Shown: piece by piece, positions 1 through 15,000 of the stretch | How the letters are laid out: every line of letters begins with the position of its first letter | How positions within the stretch are numbered: position 1 is the first letter of the stretch | Notes under the pieces: generated by a model | Databases searched by the model: none | Seen by the model: the letters and a program-made list of their open reading frames with translations, nothing else | What the model was told of the DNA's origin: nothing | Position numbers and translations under genes: made by a program | Origin: the human T2T-CHM13v2.0 reference genome, Homo sapiens | Length of the DNA: 64,000 bases | Assembly: GCF_009914755.1 (NCBI RefSeq) | Contig: NC_060930.1 | Strand: one strand, 5' to 3'

Positions 1-216
1 CAGGTCACCACTGTGAATGCCATTAACTCATTCCTTTTTATAGCTGAGTAGTAGTCCCTCATATACATATATATATATAAAATCACAGTTTCTTTATCCA
101 TGTTGATTGATGGGGATTTGTGTTGGTTCCACTTTTTTGCAATTGTAAATTGTGCTGCTATAAACATGCATGTGCAAGTATCTTTTTCGTATAATGACTT
201 CTTTTCCACTGGATAG

Positions 217-682
<466 letters not shown>

Positions 683-2683
683 TGATTATGGCCATTGTTG
701 CAGGAGTAAGGTGGTATATCGCACTGTAGTTTTGATTTGCATTTCCCTGGTCATTAGTGATGTTGAGCCGTTTTTTTCTTATGTCTGCTGGCTATTTGTA
801 TATCTTCATTTGAGAATTGTCTATTGATGTCCTTAGCATAGTTTTTGATGGGATTTCTTTTTTCTTGTTGACTTGTTTGAGTTCATCGTAGATTCTGGAT
901 ATTAGTCCTTTGTCAGATGTATAGATTGTGAAGATTTTTTTCCCACTCCATGAGTTTTCTGTTCACTCTGCTGACTATTCCTTTTGCTGTGCAAAAGCTC
1001 TTTAGTTTAAGTCCTAGAAATTTATCTTTGTTTTTATTGCATTTGCTTTTGGGATCTTGCTCATAAAATCCTTGCCTAAGCCAATGTCTAGGAGAGTTTT
1101 TCCAATGTTCTAGAATTTTTATAGTTTCAGTTCTTAGATTTAAGTCATTAATCCATCTCGAGTTGATTTTTTTATAAGGTGAGAGATGAGGATTTCATTC
1201 ATTCTTCTACATGTGGCTTGCCAATTATTCCAGGACCATTTGTTGAAAAGGATGTTCTTTCCACACTTCATGTTTTTGTTTTCTTTGTCAAAGATAAGTT
1301 GGCTGTAAATATTTGGTTTTATTTCTGGATTCTTTGTTCTGTTCCACTGGTCTATGTGCCCATTTTTGTATGAGTACCATGATGTTTTGGTGACTATAGC
1401 CTTATAGTATAGTTTCAAATTAGGTAATGTGATGCCTCCAGATTTGTTCCTTTTGCTTAGTCTTGCTTTGGCTATGTGGGCTCTTTTTTGGTTCCATGTG
1501 AATTTTAGAATTGTTTTTCCTAATTCTGTGAGGAATAATGGTGGTATTTTGATGGGAATTGCATTGAATTTGTAGATTGCTTTTGCCAGTATGGTCATTT
1601 TCACAATGTTGAGTCTACCCATCCATGAACATGGGATGTGTTTCTAATTGTTTGTGTCATCTATGATTTCTTTCAGCAGTGTTTTGTAGTTTTTCTTGTA
1701 GAGGTCTTTCACCTCCTTGGTTAGGTATAGTCCTACATATTTTATTTTATTTTTCTTTGCAGCTATTGTAAAAGGGGTTGTGTTCTTGATTTGATTCTCA
1801 GCTTGGTTGCTGTTGATATATAGAAGAGCTACTGATTTGTGTACATTAATTTTGTATCTGGAAACTTTGCTAAATTAATTTGCCTGTTCTAGGAGCTTTT
1901 TGGAGGAGTATTTGGGGTTTTCTAGGTAAATGATAATAACATCAGCAAACAGTGACAATTCAAATTCCTCTTTACCAATTTGAATGCTCTTTATTTGTTT
2001 CTCTTGTCTGATTGCTCTGGCTAGGACTTCCTGTACTATGTTGAAGAGGAGTGGTGAGAGTGGACATCCTTGTCTTGTTCCAGTTCTCCCTATTCAGTAT
2101 TATGTTGGCTGTGAGTTTGTCATAGATTTTAAATATATTCTTGTATAATTAATGTCTTGTAATATGGAAGGACATTTGATAATTTACATTTAACTAAGTA
2201 AAGTTGGGTTATTATATTGGGTAAAGTCATACTTTTATTAATGAAGGATGTATGAATGCAACAAAAAAGAGTTAAGTCTCCTGTCTAGCAAAATAGAATA
2301 GAAGATTAAATTTTGGGGATTGTTTGGTGTATATTTCTTAGAGAATACTCTCAGATACTTGATCCACCAGGCACTTATTTTAACTGACAGAACAACCGAA
2401 GTAGAATCTTTCTCTATTGATTTTACAAGTACTAATAACAATTTAAGCATCTAAAAAGAAGTTCGACATTAATGTAAAGCCTGAAGATTAACTGCAGTGA
2501 ATACTTACTCAGAGAACCTCAGTAAATGGGAAATATGTCACAACAAATTCATGAGGATGAAGAGAAAAACAATCAAGAGAATTAGAATATAATTTTGAAA
2601 AATGAAAGATGAACTAACTAAATTAGAAGAGAGAAAGCTATCAGCAAGGAAAAAAAGATGTAAGGCACAGCCACCAAAATGCA

Positions 2684-3955
2684 TAAGAGTAATCAAAAAA
2701 TTCATAAACAAATTAAGTTCAAATATAAAAATAAAAATATAAACTTTATTTCTCAACATAAGCTTCATCAACTTCAAGACAGTTTTGTAAGCAATGATAC
2801 CAGCCATTTAGTTCACTTCTAAATAAATGATGGCCCTGGGAGTTTAACCATATCAATATAGTCTTACTTAACTGAAGAAAAAATGGATGTCCTATATAGA
2901 TTTCTTTAAGATTAGAAAATAGAGAAGTTGGAAGCAGCCAAGTCAGGACTATAGGTTGATGTCTAATGATTTTCCATCAAAACTCTTCCAAAATTGCCCT
3001 TTTTCTGATGAGAGAAATGATCAGGAGCATTGCCCTGGTGGAGAGCATTCTGATAAAGCTTTCCTGGACATTTTTCTGCTACAGCCTTGGCCAACTTTCT
3101 CAAAATATTATCATAATAAGCAGATGTTATCATTCTTTGGCCTTCCAGAAAGTCAACAGGCAAAATGCCTTGAGCATCCCAGGAAACTGTTGCCATGATT
3201 TTTGTTCTTGACTGTTCCACTTTTGCTTTGAGTGGACCATTTTCACCTCTTGGTAACCATTGTTTTGATTGTGCTTTATCTTCAGGATCATACCTGTAAA
3301 GTCATGTTTCATCATGTGTTACAATTCTTTGAAGAAATGCTTCAGGATCTTGATCCCACTGTTAAAAATTTCCATTGAAGGTTCTGCTCTTGTCTGCAGT
3401 CAACCTGAGTACAGCAGTTTTGGTACCCATTGAATGGAATGTTTGTTCAAGTTTAATGTCTTAGAATTGTGTAAGCTGAGCCAACAGAGATGACTATGGT
3501 ATGGGCTGTTATTTCTGCTGAATCATTGGTCCTCTTCGATGAACGTACACACAACATTAATTTTTTCTTGCAAATGTATGTGAATGGTCTACTGCTGTGA
3601 GCTCTATCTTCAACACTGTCCAGTCCCTTCTTAAGATAAGTTATCTACTTGTAAACTGATGATTTATTTGGAGACACTGTCCCCATAAGCTTTTTGTAAA
3701 GTATTACTGATTTCAACATTCTTACACCCCAGCTTCACCATTATTTTGATGTTCATTCTTACTTCAAATTTAGCATAATTCATGTCACTCTGATAAGAGC
3801 TTTTTCAAACAGATGTCATATGCTTCTTAATGCCTCAAAATATGTCCTTTATATGTTATAACAATTTAGCATAGATTGATTTTGGTACAACTTTAAACAA
3901 TCCACGTGTAGTTTTTTCATAACACATTTTTCATGAATTTTTTGAAAATCCGTCA
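2684..3955 (-). mobile_element. HSMAR2 mariner DNA transposon, near full length, transposase disrupted
   Basis: The minus strand carries WVPK (~3425), VTHDET* (~3310), MATVSWDAQGILPVDFLEGQRMITSAYY (ORF 2963..3220) and YSPDLAASNF (~2940). Degenerate TIRs are present at both ends, with TA at 3956-3957. Confidence 0.93.
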
Positions 3956-4653
3956 TATGACATGGTAACAAAAGGTATCATTGAAGGGGGTTTGAATGCT
4001 AGGCTGAAAACAGGAGACTTGGTTACAAATCCATATAAGAAGTCTTTAGCCTTCACCTTTTCTTCTCAGTGATAGCAGAAGATGGGAGAGATTAACAGAG
4101 TATCTGGATTGAAAGATACTAGGCCCAGTGTAAGGTAGCATACACTCAAAAGAGGGTGATTAAGTGAATGTTTACATGATGGCTTCTGAGATTTCCAGCA
4201 CTCCTCTCTCAGTCATGTCTAGAATGTTAGAAAACTGATTTATTACTCAAGTTATAGGTTTGGAGATATCTTTTCTCAAAATCTGACCATTGCAAGGGAA
4301 GATATTTACATTAAAAATCCCCAATGAAATGAACCAATCAGATTAGTCAAAAATGAAGTTCACATTTGTTGTGCTGCACCTGACCTCAAATTTCTAAACA
4401 GGTTTTTGGTTCTCAATTTTTAAATGTGAGCAAACATCTAAGGAATGCCAGATAGCTGAGAAAATAAAAATAAAAATAAAAACTCTAATCTGGAAGATAA
4501 AGACTACCTGAAGAATTGAATGAACAAATAAACCACAACTACTACTATGGTAAAACTTAGAAGGAGAATATATTTTGTAGGAGGAATTAAAAAAACAAAA
4601 ACGTAAAAATAAAAACAGTTCTCATCTTCAGAGTGCTAAGTGAAGTTATTTCA

Positions 4654-5321
<668 letters not shown>

Positions 5322-7084
5322 AGAAATGTTTTTTAGAGATCAAGGCTGAGTTCTTAGAAATATATAGCATAGTAGCAAAATTTTAAAAAAAATACTAGAA
5401 AGATTAGAAGATAAACCTTATATATTCCTGAAAATAAAGTAAAAATGTGAAAAGATTAAAAACTATTGTATAGATTATTTGGAGACTAAATTTCATCTCG
5501 GGTTTTACCAGACTGGAAATATATCAATGAACACTTATCACGTCCAAATCAAAACAGTTCTTGATATCAAACATTAAAACTATGGCTATCTTAATCAAAA
5601 GGGGGAAAATGATCATTTTAAAAGAGCAGATAGTTAAACTTTTGTGGCTGATGAAAATCATGCATTTATCCTGTCAATATACTACATACTGGAATGGAAA
5701 CTTTTCTGAGTGAGGAGAACAAGATCATGTCCATCTCTACCCCTATCGTGATGATTAATACTCAGTTTTCTCGTACTGGGTTGTTGATCTTAAGTTATTT
5801 TAAAGTTTAAACATCCTATGATTTACTACTAAATGCTCACTAAATGTGTTTGATACGTGTATATGTGTATGCATATTTTATTTTTCTGCTCTTCCTAGCC
5901 TCACACGAACATGTACATCATAGTGCTATCATTAAATTAGTTCTGACTTATTCATGTTGGACAGTGTTTTCCAGTGTAACTATTCACCCATGGGTTCTGC
6001 CAGTTCTGTCTTGTTTTACATCTGTTGTGCTGCTGCCAGCTTCTCAGAAAGACATCAAAATGACACTGAATGGGCAGGAAAAGTTGATAAATAATACGGA
6101 GGGAGAGTCACTTGGAAGTCGTGCAGTGTCACCAGAAATAATACAGTGAAGCGAAAACAATGAGAAATGGGGGCAGGGCATGGACTGCCACAAGAAATGG
6201 TCCTCACGGGATTAAAAACAAACAAACAAAAAAAAAAACAAAAAAAACAAAGAACATCTTCCAGGAAAAGTATTATTAATCAGGAAAGGAGATGGTAGTG
6301 TGGGAGAAAAGAATAAAAGCAATAAAGAGTATACGGAGATTTTAATTTTATTTATATAGTATTCTAGAATCCACCAATGAATTAGCCTCAGAAACTTGCC
6401 CTGCTGTTTCAACACATCTACCTGTAAATTGTGACAAGATAGGGTTGATATGTGCTCATTATGTGGACTTTTATTCTGAACATTGTCCCCTCTGTTTCAT
6501 CATCTGTTTCATTTTTGAAAAGTACACTTGACTACTGAAGAAATAGTCAGAAAAAGTATAGGGCGTAGTGATGAATCTATTTCGTTATATGTGAATCCAC
6601 TTACTGTGAATTCTCAAAGGTAGAAGTGAAAAAACGTGGTCTACTCATAAGAAAACACCAAAAGTATCAGGTACAAGTGTGTCAGGCAACATACCCAGGA
6701 AGAAATAAACCTCATTAGGGCAGCATCTCTAAGGACGTTGCCTGTTGGGTTTTTCCACTCTGTGCTTCCGGAATCAATGTTAGACTTAGGTAAGACCTAA
6801 AGCGTAAATATCAGACACCTTTAACAGAGTCTGCAGGGATTCTTCATAGAAACTTTACCAGGACAACAAAATCGCTTCTGAAGAAATCTAAACCCACGCT
6901 CTAAAAGGGAACAAATGTGTGGTTTTGTGTGAGATTGTGAAGTTTCTAAATAACTTTTTGCAAAGAGATTATGACCACCTTTAGCCAGTATGGCTAAGGT
7001 GGCTGCCCAGGCCTATCCAGGATCCTTTCTAGTGTCTTGCCAAGTTATTGGTGTCATATCTTCTCTGGAAGAGACTCCAAGTCC

Positions 7085-7660
7085 AGGTATACAATTGTTA
7101 CTTTATCTTAATGAATCTTCTCAAATTGCTGCCTTTGTCACTGAATTTTGGCGGATATACATCTCAGTCCACAAATTTGGGTCCACATAATATGTAACTT
7201 TATTTTTCTTTATTCAACTTGATAAAGGTGTCAATTTTCCATGATTTCATTCAACACTAAGGTATTGATGGACATGAGGTGTAATGTGGATGTGCTAGAG
7301 TCTGGTCTTCCACACAATTTGTCCATAAAGGAATCTGCTGGGACACCTCTCATTTATCTTGGCAAAACAGCTTCAAGTCTGATGGTCTTCATATTTAATT
7401 CTGTGTCATGCACAGGCACACAAAAATCATTTTTCCCCTTCTAGGTCATGCTCAGCAGAGGAATTCCTCTGAAAGTGCTGTTATCGTATGTCCAACCACA
7501 TCACAGAACTGTTTCTATTCTCAGGTGTTGCCATCTCTCTGTGGCATAACTAATTTTAGCTGTCAGAATCAGATGCTTAGTTGGGATTTTTGCTGTCTCC
7601 CTGTTCTCTGCTTAGAAGAAAGGCATGGGGCCCCTGTTTCCACTGACCCAGTGACTACAC
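7085..7660 (+). mobile_element. Ancient RTE-clade LINE (L4/MamRTE1-like) reverse-transcriptase fossil
   Basis: Degenerate motifs occur in the expected order across frames: IQLLLYLNE (~ELLYADD), MISFNTKVLM (~ISxKKTKVM), IYLGKTAS (~YLGSTLS), RGIPLK (~RGISLK), YSQVLPSLCG (~YxAVVLPSLLYG). Confidence 0.55.
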
Positions 7661-8429
7661 TGATCACTTCTGCTTTGTCATATTCTCCTCAAATCCCTTG
7701 GAATTTAGTTTTTCCCCTGGTAAAGTTGTGGAATCCTCAAATACTTTATGTTTATGGTTCATAACTTCTATCCCAAATTCTGTCTATACTCAGAATCTTA
7801 CCATATCCACTAAGGCAAGGTTCTCTTAGATAGCTTCTGGCTCAAGATAACTTAAGTGAGCATAGTAGAATAGATGCTGTGCCTCAGTGCTGGGGAGACA
7901 AAGGTCACAGGCGTGGACCACGGCTTCTGGGGAAGCACGGGACTCAGTCAAAACCAAGTGCTGTTAATCAGATTCTTCTGTGGCTGTTTATAAACACGAC
8001 CTCCATTTCCTGACCCTCTGAATTTTCTATAGCTCCAGTTCGCCCATGTGCCTGCTCCAATGTCTGGGTTTTCTCTGTGTTCTTTCCGAGGGGCTGTGGA
8101 AACCCTATAAGGAAGACGAATCCGTTCATATTGGAAACTGGAAATAAAACTTAAAATAATTATTAGTTCATGTAGGCACCTGAATTCACATACTTCCTTA
8201 AGCAGTAGAGACCTGCGCTCAGTCATGAGCTTTTTTCAATTCTGGCATAATTTAAAAGAAAAAATCTCTGTATTTTTCTGTTTCAATTTTTGCCTATTCC
8301 CAAATCTCTTTCTTGTCATGAAAGCCAGAATTTTCCATTTCAAAGGAATTTTGAATATCTTCAAGGATAGAAAAAAATATTTATTTCTGTTTCTCACCAG
8401 AATGTAACTTTGCTACAGTCAGTGACCAT

Positions 8430-8525
8430 AGGGATCTGCCTTGTTTCTTGTTCACAGTTATCCAGCATGATGCCTGAAATGGAGCAGGTATTCCTCAATG
8501 AGTATTTTTGAGCGAATGAATGGAT
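8430..8525 (+). mobile_element. L2 3' end fragment
   Basis: TTGTTCAC..ATCCAGCA..GCCTG..GCAGGTA..CTCAAT..TATTTTTGAGCGAATGAATG is typical of the L2 terminus. Confidence 0.6.
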
Positions 8526-8574
8526 GATTGAATACTTTGTTCATGATTGAATATCTTGTTCATGATTGAATATC
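8524..8574. repeat. 19-bp tandem repeat, ~2.7 copies
   Basis: ATGATTGAATAYYTTGTTC units start at 8524, 8543 and 8562 (partial). Confidence 0.85.
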
Positions 8575-10658
8575 CAGCTGTGTTTCAAACTTGCCACTGT
8601 TACCCACTTATGTAATCAAGACATATTTCTAAAACATCAAGATATAGTTCTAAGGGTAGAGCAAGATGGCTGAACTATACCATTCATCCTACACACAGAA
8701 ACAGCAAATTTTAACAAATAACTACATACAAAAAAACACCAACACGAGAACCAAAAACCAGGTGAGCAATCGCAGCACCTGGTTTTTACTTCATATCACT
8801 GAAAAATGCACTAAAGAGGCTAAGACAGGCAGTCTTGAACCTTGGATGTCACCCCTCCCACATTGTCCTGCAGCAGCAGTACTGTGCCAAGAGAGAATCT
8901 GTGCACTTGGGGGATAAAGAGTTCAGTGACTAGAATACTTTACTTTGAAAGTCAATGCTGCCCTGTCAGCAGAGAACAAAGCCATGCTGGAATCAGTCAG
9001 TGCCCTCACACAGAGGGAGCATTTGGATTGCACCTAGCCAAAGGGGAAGAGCCCAGCCCAGGGGTAAGAATTTGAGTTTCTCTGCAGGCTTCACTATGGC
9101 AGGCCAAATACTCTTGAGTCATAGGTAAAATTGAAAGGCAGCCTAGGACATAAGTACTGCAAATTCTAGGCAAGTCTTAGTCCTGGGCTGGGCTTAGAGC
9201 CAGTGGACTTGAGGGTCACATGACCTAGGGAGACACCAGACTGGGCAGCAAAGGGAGTACTTGCACCACCTTTCTCCCAACCCCAGGCAGTGTAATGAAA
9301 GTGACTCCTTCCTATTGCTTGAAGAGAGGAGAATGATGAGCAAAGAGGACTTTATCTTACATCTTGGATATCAGCAAAACAACAGTAGGATAAGGCACCA
9401 GGTAGAGTTGTGAGGCCCCCATTCCAGGCCCTAGCTCGTGGATGACATTTCAAGATACTCTCTGGCCCAGAAAATAACCCATTTCTTTGAAGGGAAGGAC
9501 CCAGTTTTGGCAGGATTAAAGAACTGACTAAAGAACCCATGGGCCTTGAATAAACAACAGTGATACTTAGGTAGTACACTATGATCCTTGGGCTCTGAGA
9601 TGTGCTGCTATCAGTTGTGACCCAGCACATTCTAAGCTGTGGTGGCTATAGTGAAAGACTCCTTCTATTTGAGGAAAGCAGAGGGAAAAGTAAAGGGGAC
9701 TTCATCTTATACATTAGGTACTAGCTCGGCCACAGTGGTATAGAGCACCAAGCAGGCTCTTGAGGTGCCCAAGTCCAGGCCTGGCTTCTGGTTAGCATTT
9801 CTGGACCAGCCCCGAGCTGGTGGGGAGACCAGTGCTCTGAGGAGTTAGTCCCAGGCCTGATTGGATTCACCACAAATTAATTGAAGAGCCTTGGGCTTTA
9901 AGTGAACAATGTCAGTGACCTAGCAGAAAACTTCATGGGCCAGTGGTGATGGTAACCACAGGGAGAGACTCTTCTGCCTATGGAAATGGGAGGAAAAAGC
10001 AGGAAGGACTTTATTTGTGGTTTGAGTGCCAGCTTAGCAAATGTAGAATGGAACATCAGGTAAATTTCTAAGGTCTTTGAATCGAATCCTTGGCTTCTGG
10101 ACAATATCTCTGGACCCACCTGGGGCCTGGGGGAGCTCATTGACCTAAAAGGAGGGACACAAATCTGGCTGCCTTCACCATCTGCTGATCATAGAGTCTT
10201 GGGCCTTGAGTGATTATAGATGGTAGCCAAGTAGTGGTTATAGCAGGCCTTGGGCAAGACCCAGTTCTGTGCTGGCTCCAGGTCTGACCCAGTGAAATCC
10301 CAGTGGTGGTGGCCACTGGGATTTGTTTTTCTCAACCCTACATTCTAGAAAGCTCAGCACAGAGAGAGTGAGCTTCTATTTGTTGGGGAGAAACTAAGGG
10401 AAAAGAACAGAATCTCTACCTAGTAATTCACATAATTCTGGATCTTATCCAAGACCACCAAGATGGTACCTCTATGAGTCTGCAAGAACCACAGCATTAT
10501 TGGACTTGGAGCCCAAGAGTTTTTTTAATACCTGGAAAGTCTTCCCAAGAAGGATGGGCACAAACAAGCCCAGAATTTGAAAACTAAACTAAATAGCAAA
10601 CTTGTCCGTGTCCAGACACTGACAAATATCTACAGGCATCAAGACTATCCAAGAAAAC

Positions 10659-11575
10659 ATGAAATCATCAAATGAACTAAATAAGACAGCAGCGATGAGT
10701 CCTAAAGAAAGAGATATGTGACCTTTCAAACAGAGAATTCATAATAGCTGCATTGAGAAAACTCAAAGAAATTCAAGGCAACACAGAGAAGGAATTAAGA
10801 ATTCTCTCAGATAAATTTAACAAAGAGATTGAAATAATAAAAAAATCAAGCAGAAATTCTAAAGTGAACTATGCAACTGACATACTAAAGAATGCATCAG
10901 CCTCTCTTAATAGCAGAATTTATCAAGCAGAAAGAAAGAATTTTTGAGCTTGAAGATAGGCTATTTGAAAATATACATCCAGAAGAGACAACAGAAAAAA
11001 GAATAAAACAATAAAGCATGCCTACAAGATTCAGAACATAGCCCCAAAAGGAAAAATCTGAGCTATTGTCCTTAAAGAGGTGGTAGAGAAAGACACAGGG
11101 TTAGAAAGTTTATAGAAAGGGATAATATCTGAGAACTTCCCCAAGCGAAGGAAAGATATTAATATTCAAGTACAAGAAGGTTGCAGAACACCAGACAGAT
11201 TTGACCCAAAGAGTACTCAAGGCATTTAATAAACAAACTCCAAATGTCAAGGACGAAGAAAGAATACTAAAAGCAGCAAAATAAAAGAAACAAATAACAA
11301 TGGAGTTCCAATACATCTGGCAGCAGACTTTTCAGTGGAAATCTTACAGGCCGAGAGAGTGGCATGACATATTTAAAGTGCTGAAGGAAAAAACAAAAAA
11401 CAAAAAACAAAAAACTTTTATCCTAGAATGGTATATCTGGTGAAAATAACCTTCAAGAGTGAGGGAGAAATAAAGACTTTCCTATACAAACAAACTGAGG
11501 GATTTCATCAATACTAGACCTGTCTTACACAAATGGTCAAGGGTACTCTGCAATCTGAAGGAAAAAGTATGTTAA
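10659..11575 (+). pseudogene. L1 ORF1 remnant (frameshifted); limits approximate
   Basis: ORF 10753..10947 (RKLKEIQGNTEKE..LSDKFNKEIEIIKK) is ORF1 coiled-coil-like. CTGGCAGCAGACTTTTCAGTGGAAA matches the ORF1 C-terminal region. Confidence 0.75.
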
Positions 11576-12059
11576 TGAGCAACAAAAAGTCAGCTGAAGG
11601 TACAAAATTCACTGGTAATAGCACACAGAAAAACACAGAATATTATAACAACGTCATTGTGTTGTGTAAACTGCTTTTATATGATGTAGAAAGATTAAAT
11701 GATGAACCAATCAAATACAATAAATACAACCACATTTAAAGACATAGACAGTACAATAAGACATAAAGAGAAATAAAAAGTTTTAAACTGGAGAAAGAAA
11801 TCACAGTGTAGAAATTTTATTAGTTTTCTTTTTGCATGATTGTTTAGTGTTAGGTTGTCATCAATTTAACATAATTGGTTACAAGATAGTATTTGCAAGG
11901 CCTCAAGGAAACGAAAAGTTGAAAAACATACAACAGATACACAGAAAATAAAAAGCAAGAGATTAAATTATATGGCTGGAGAAAATCACCTTCAGTAAAA
12001 GGAAACCAGGAAGGAAAAAAAGAACACAAAATCACAAAACAATAAAAAAAATAAACAAA

Positions 12060-15000
12060 ATGACAGGAGTAAGTTCTTACTTATCAATAATAACACAGAA
12101 TGAAAGTGGACTAAACTCTCGAATCAAAAGACATGGAGATGCTGAATGAATAAAAAAGCAAAACCCAGTGATCTGTTGCCTAAAAGAAACACACTGCACC
12201 TATAAACATACACATAGATTGAAAATAAAGGAATGGAAAAAAGTTCCATGCCATTGGAAACCAAAAAGAGCAGGAGTAGATATACATATATTAGACAAAA
12301 CAATTTCAAGGCAAAAACTGTAGGAAGAGGCAATATCATCATATAATGATAAAGGGGTCAATTAACCAAGAAGATGTAATGTTTATAAATATGTAAATAT
12401 CAAACACCACAGCACTCAAATATATAAAGCAAATATGACTAGAGTTAAAGAAAGAGATGACCTCAATATAATTATACCTGGAAGCTTCAACACCCCACTT
12501 TCAGCATTGGACAGATTTCTGAAACAGACAAACAACAAAAATAAAATCAGACTTTATCTGCCCTGTAGACCAAATGGATGTCATAGATATTTATGGAACA
12601 TTTCATCCAAAGGCTGCAGAATACATATTCTTCTCTGCACATGAATTATCCTCAAAGATAGACAGCATGTTAAGTCACAAAACAAATTTTAAAATATTTA
12701 AAACAATTGAAATAACACCAAGCATCTTTCCTGACCACAAGGAAATAAAACTAGAAATCAGTAACAGGATGAATTTTGGAAACTATACAAACACATGGAA
12801 ATTAAACGATGTGCTGCAGAATGACCAGTGGGTCAGTGAAAAAATTAAGAAGAAAATTGAAAAAACTAAGAAGAAATTTGAAAAATTTCTTGAAAGAAAT
12901 GATAATGGAAACACAACTTACCAAAACTTATGGGATACAGTGGAAGCAGTTCTAAAAGCAAAATTTGTAGCTATAAATGCCTTCATCAAAAAAATAAAAA
13001 CTTCAAGTAAATAACCTAATAATGAATCTTAAAGAACTAGAAAAACAATAGCAAACCAAACCCAAAATTAATAGGAAAAAAGAAATAATAAAGATCAGGG
13101 CAGAAATAAATGAATTTGAAATGAAGAAAACAATACAAAAGATGGACAAAACAAAAAGTTGTTTTTTGTAAAAGATAAATAAAAGTGACAATCCTTTATC
13201 CTCACTAATGGAAAAAAAGGGAAAAATCCAAATAAATAAAATCAGAGATAAAAAAGGAGACATTACAGCTGACGCTGCAGAAATATGCAGGATCATTAGT
13301 GGCTGCAGTCAGCAAATATGTGCGAAAAAATTTAGAGGCAATGAATAAATACCTAGACACATACAACCTACCAAGATTGAACCATGAATAGGCCAATAAC
13401 AAGTAATGAGATCACAGACATAATAAAATGTCTTCCAAAAAAAAAAAAAAAAAAAAAGCCTGGAACCCAACGGCTTCACTGCTGAATTCTACCAAACATT
13501 CAAAGAAGAACTAATAGCATTCTACGAAACTATTCTGAAAAATAGAGGAATTGAGAATACTTCCAAACTTATTCTACAAGGTCAGGATTACCCTGATAAT
13601 TAAACCAAAGACACATCAAAAAAAGAAAACTATAGACCAATATATCTGATAAATATTGACACAATAATCCTTAAAAAATACTAGCAAACTGAATTCAACA
13701 ATAAATTTAAAAAGTGTTTATCATGACCATGCGGGATTTACCCCAAAGATGCAAGGGTGATTCAACATACACAAGTCAATCAATATGATACATCATATCA
13801 ATAGGATGAAAGATAAAAATGTATATGATCATTTCAATTAATGTTGAAAAAGCATTTGATAAATTCCAACGTTCCTTCATGATTAAAAACCCTCAGAAAA
13901 ATTAGACATAGAAGGAACTTACCTTAACATAATAAAAGCCATATATAACAGATCCACAGCTACTATCATACTGAGTGGGGAAAAAATGAAAGCCTTTCCT
14001 CAAGATCTGGAACATGAGAAGGATGCGCACGTTCACCGTTATTATTTCACATAATAATGGAAGTCCTAGCTATAACAATCTACAAGAGAAGGAAATAAAT
14101 GCCATCCAAATTGGAAGGAAAGAAGTCGTTATCCTTGTTTGCAGATGATATGATCTAATACTTGAAAAAAATCTAAAACCTAAAGACTCCAACAAAACAC
14201 TATTAGAATTAATAAATACATTTAATAAAGGTGCAGGATACAAGAGCAACATACAAAATCTGTAGTATTTTATATGCCAATAGTGAATAATCTGAAAAAG
14301 AAATGAAAATAATCACATTTACAATAGCCACAAATAAAGCAAATATCTAGGAATTAACTTAACCAATTAAGTGAAAGATCTCTGTAGTAGTAGTAAAAAC
14401 TATAAAACACTAATAAAAAAATTGAAGAAGACTGAAAAAATGGAAAGATATTCCATGTTTATGAATTGGAAAGATCAATATTGTTAAAATGACCAAACTA
14501 CTTACTCAAAGCAATCTACAGATTCAATGCAATTCCTATGATAATACCAATGACATTCTTCAAAGAAAAAAAATTCTAAAATTTATATGAAATCACAAAT
14601 GACCCAAAATAGTTGAAGCAATCCTGAGCAAAAAGAACAAAACTAGAGGAATTACATTACCTGACTTCAAATTATACTGCAAAGCTATAGTAACCAAAAC
14701 AGCATAATACTGGCATATAAACAGAAATATAAACCAATGGAACAGAATAGAGATCCCAGAAACATATGCCTACAATGAAGTCATTTTCGACAATAGTGCC
14801 AAGAACACACACTAGGGAAAAAACTGTGCCTTTAATAAATGGTGCTGGGAAAACCATATATGCATTTGCAAAATAATGAAACTATATATCTTGGCATGTA
14901 CAAAAATCAAATCAAAATGGATTAAACACTGTAATCTAATACCTCAAACTATAATACTACTACAAGAAACATTGAGGAAATGCTCCAGGACATTGGTTTG

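Noticed and set aside
1140-1622. 160-aa ORF
   Set aside because: Fragment of a dead L1 ORF2.
7180-7400. Weak integrase-like words on the minus strand (GVP..D, VE*NHGKL)
   Set aside because: Motif spacing is wrong. The + strand RTE reading explains the region better.
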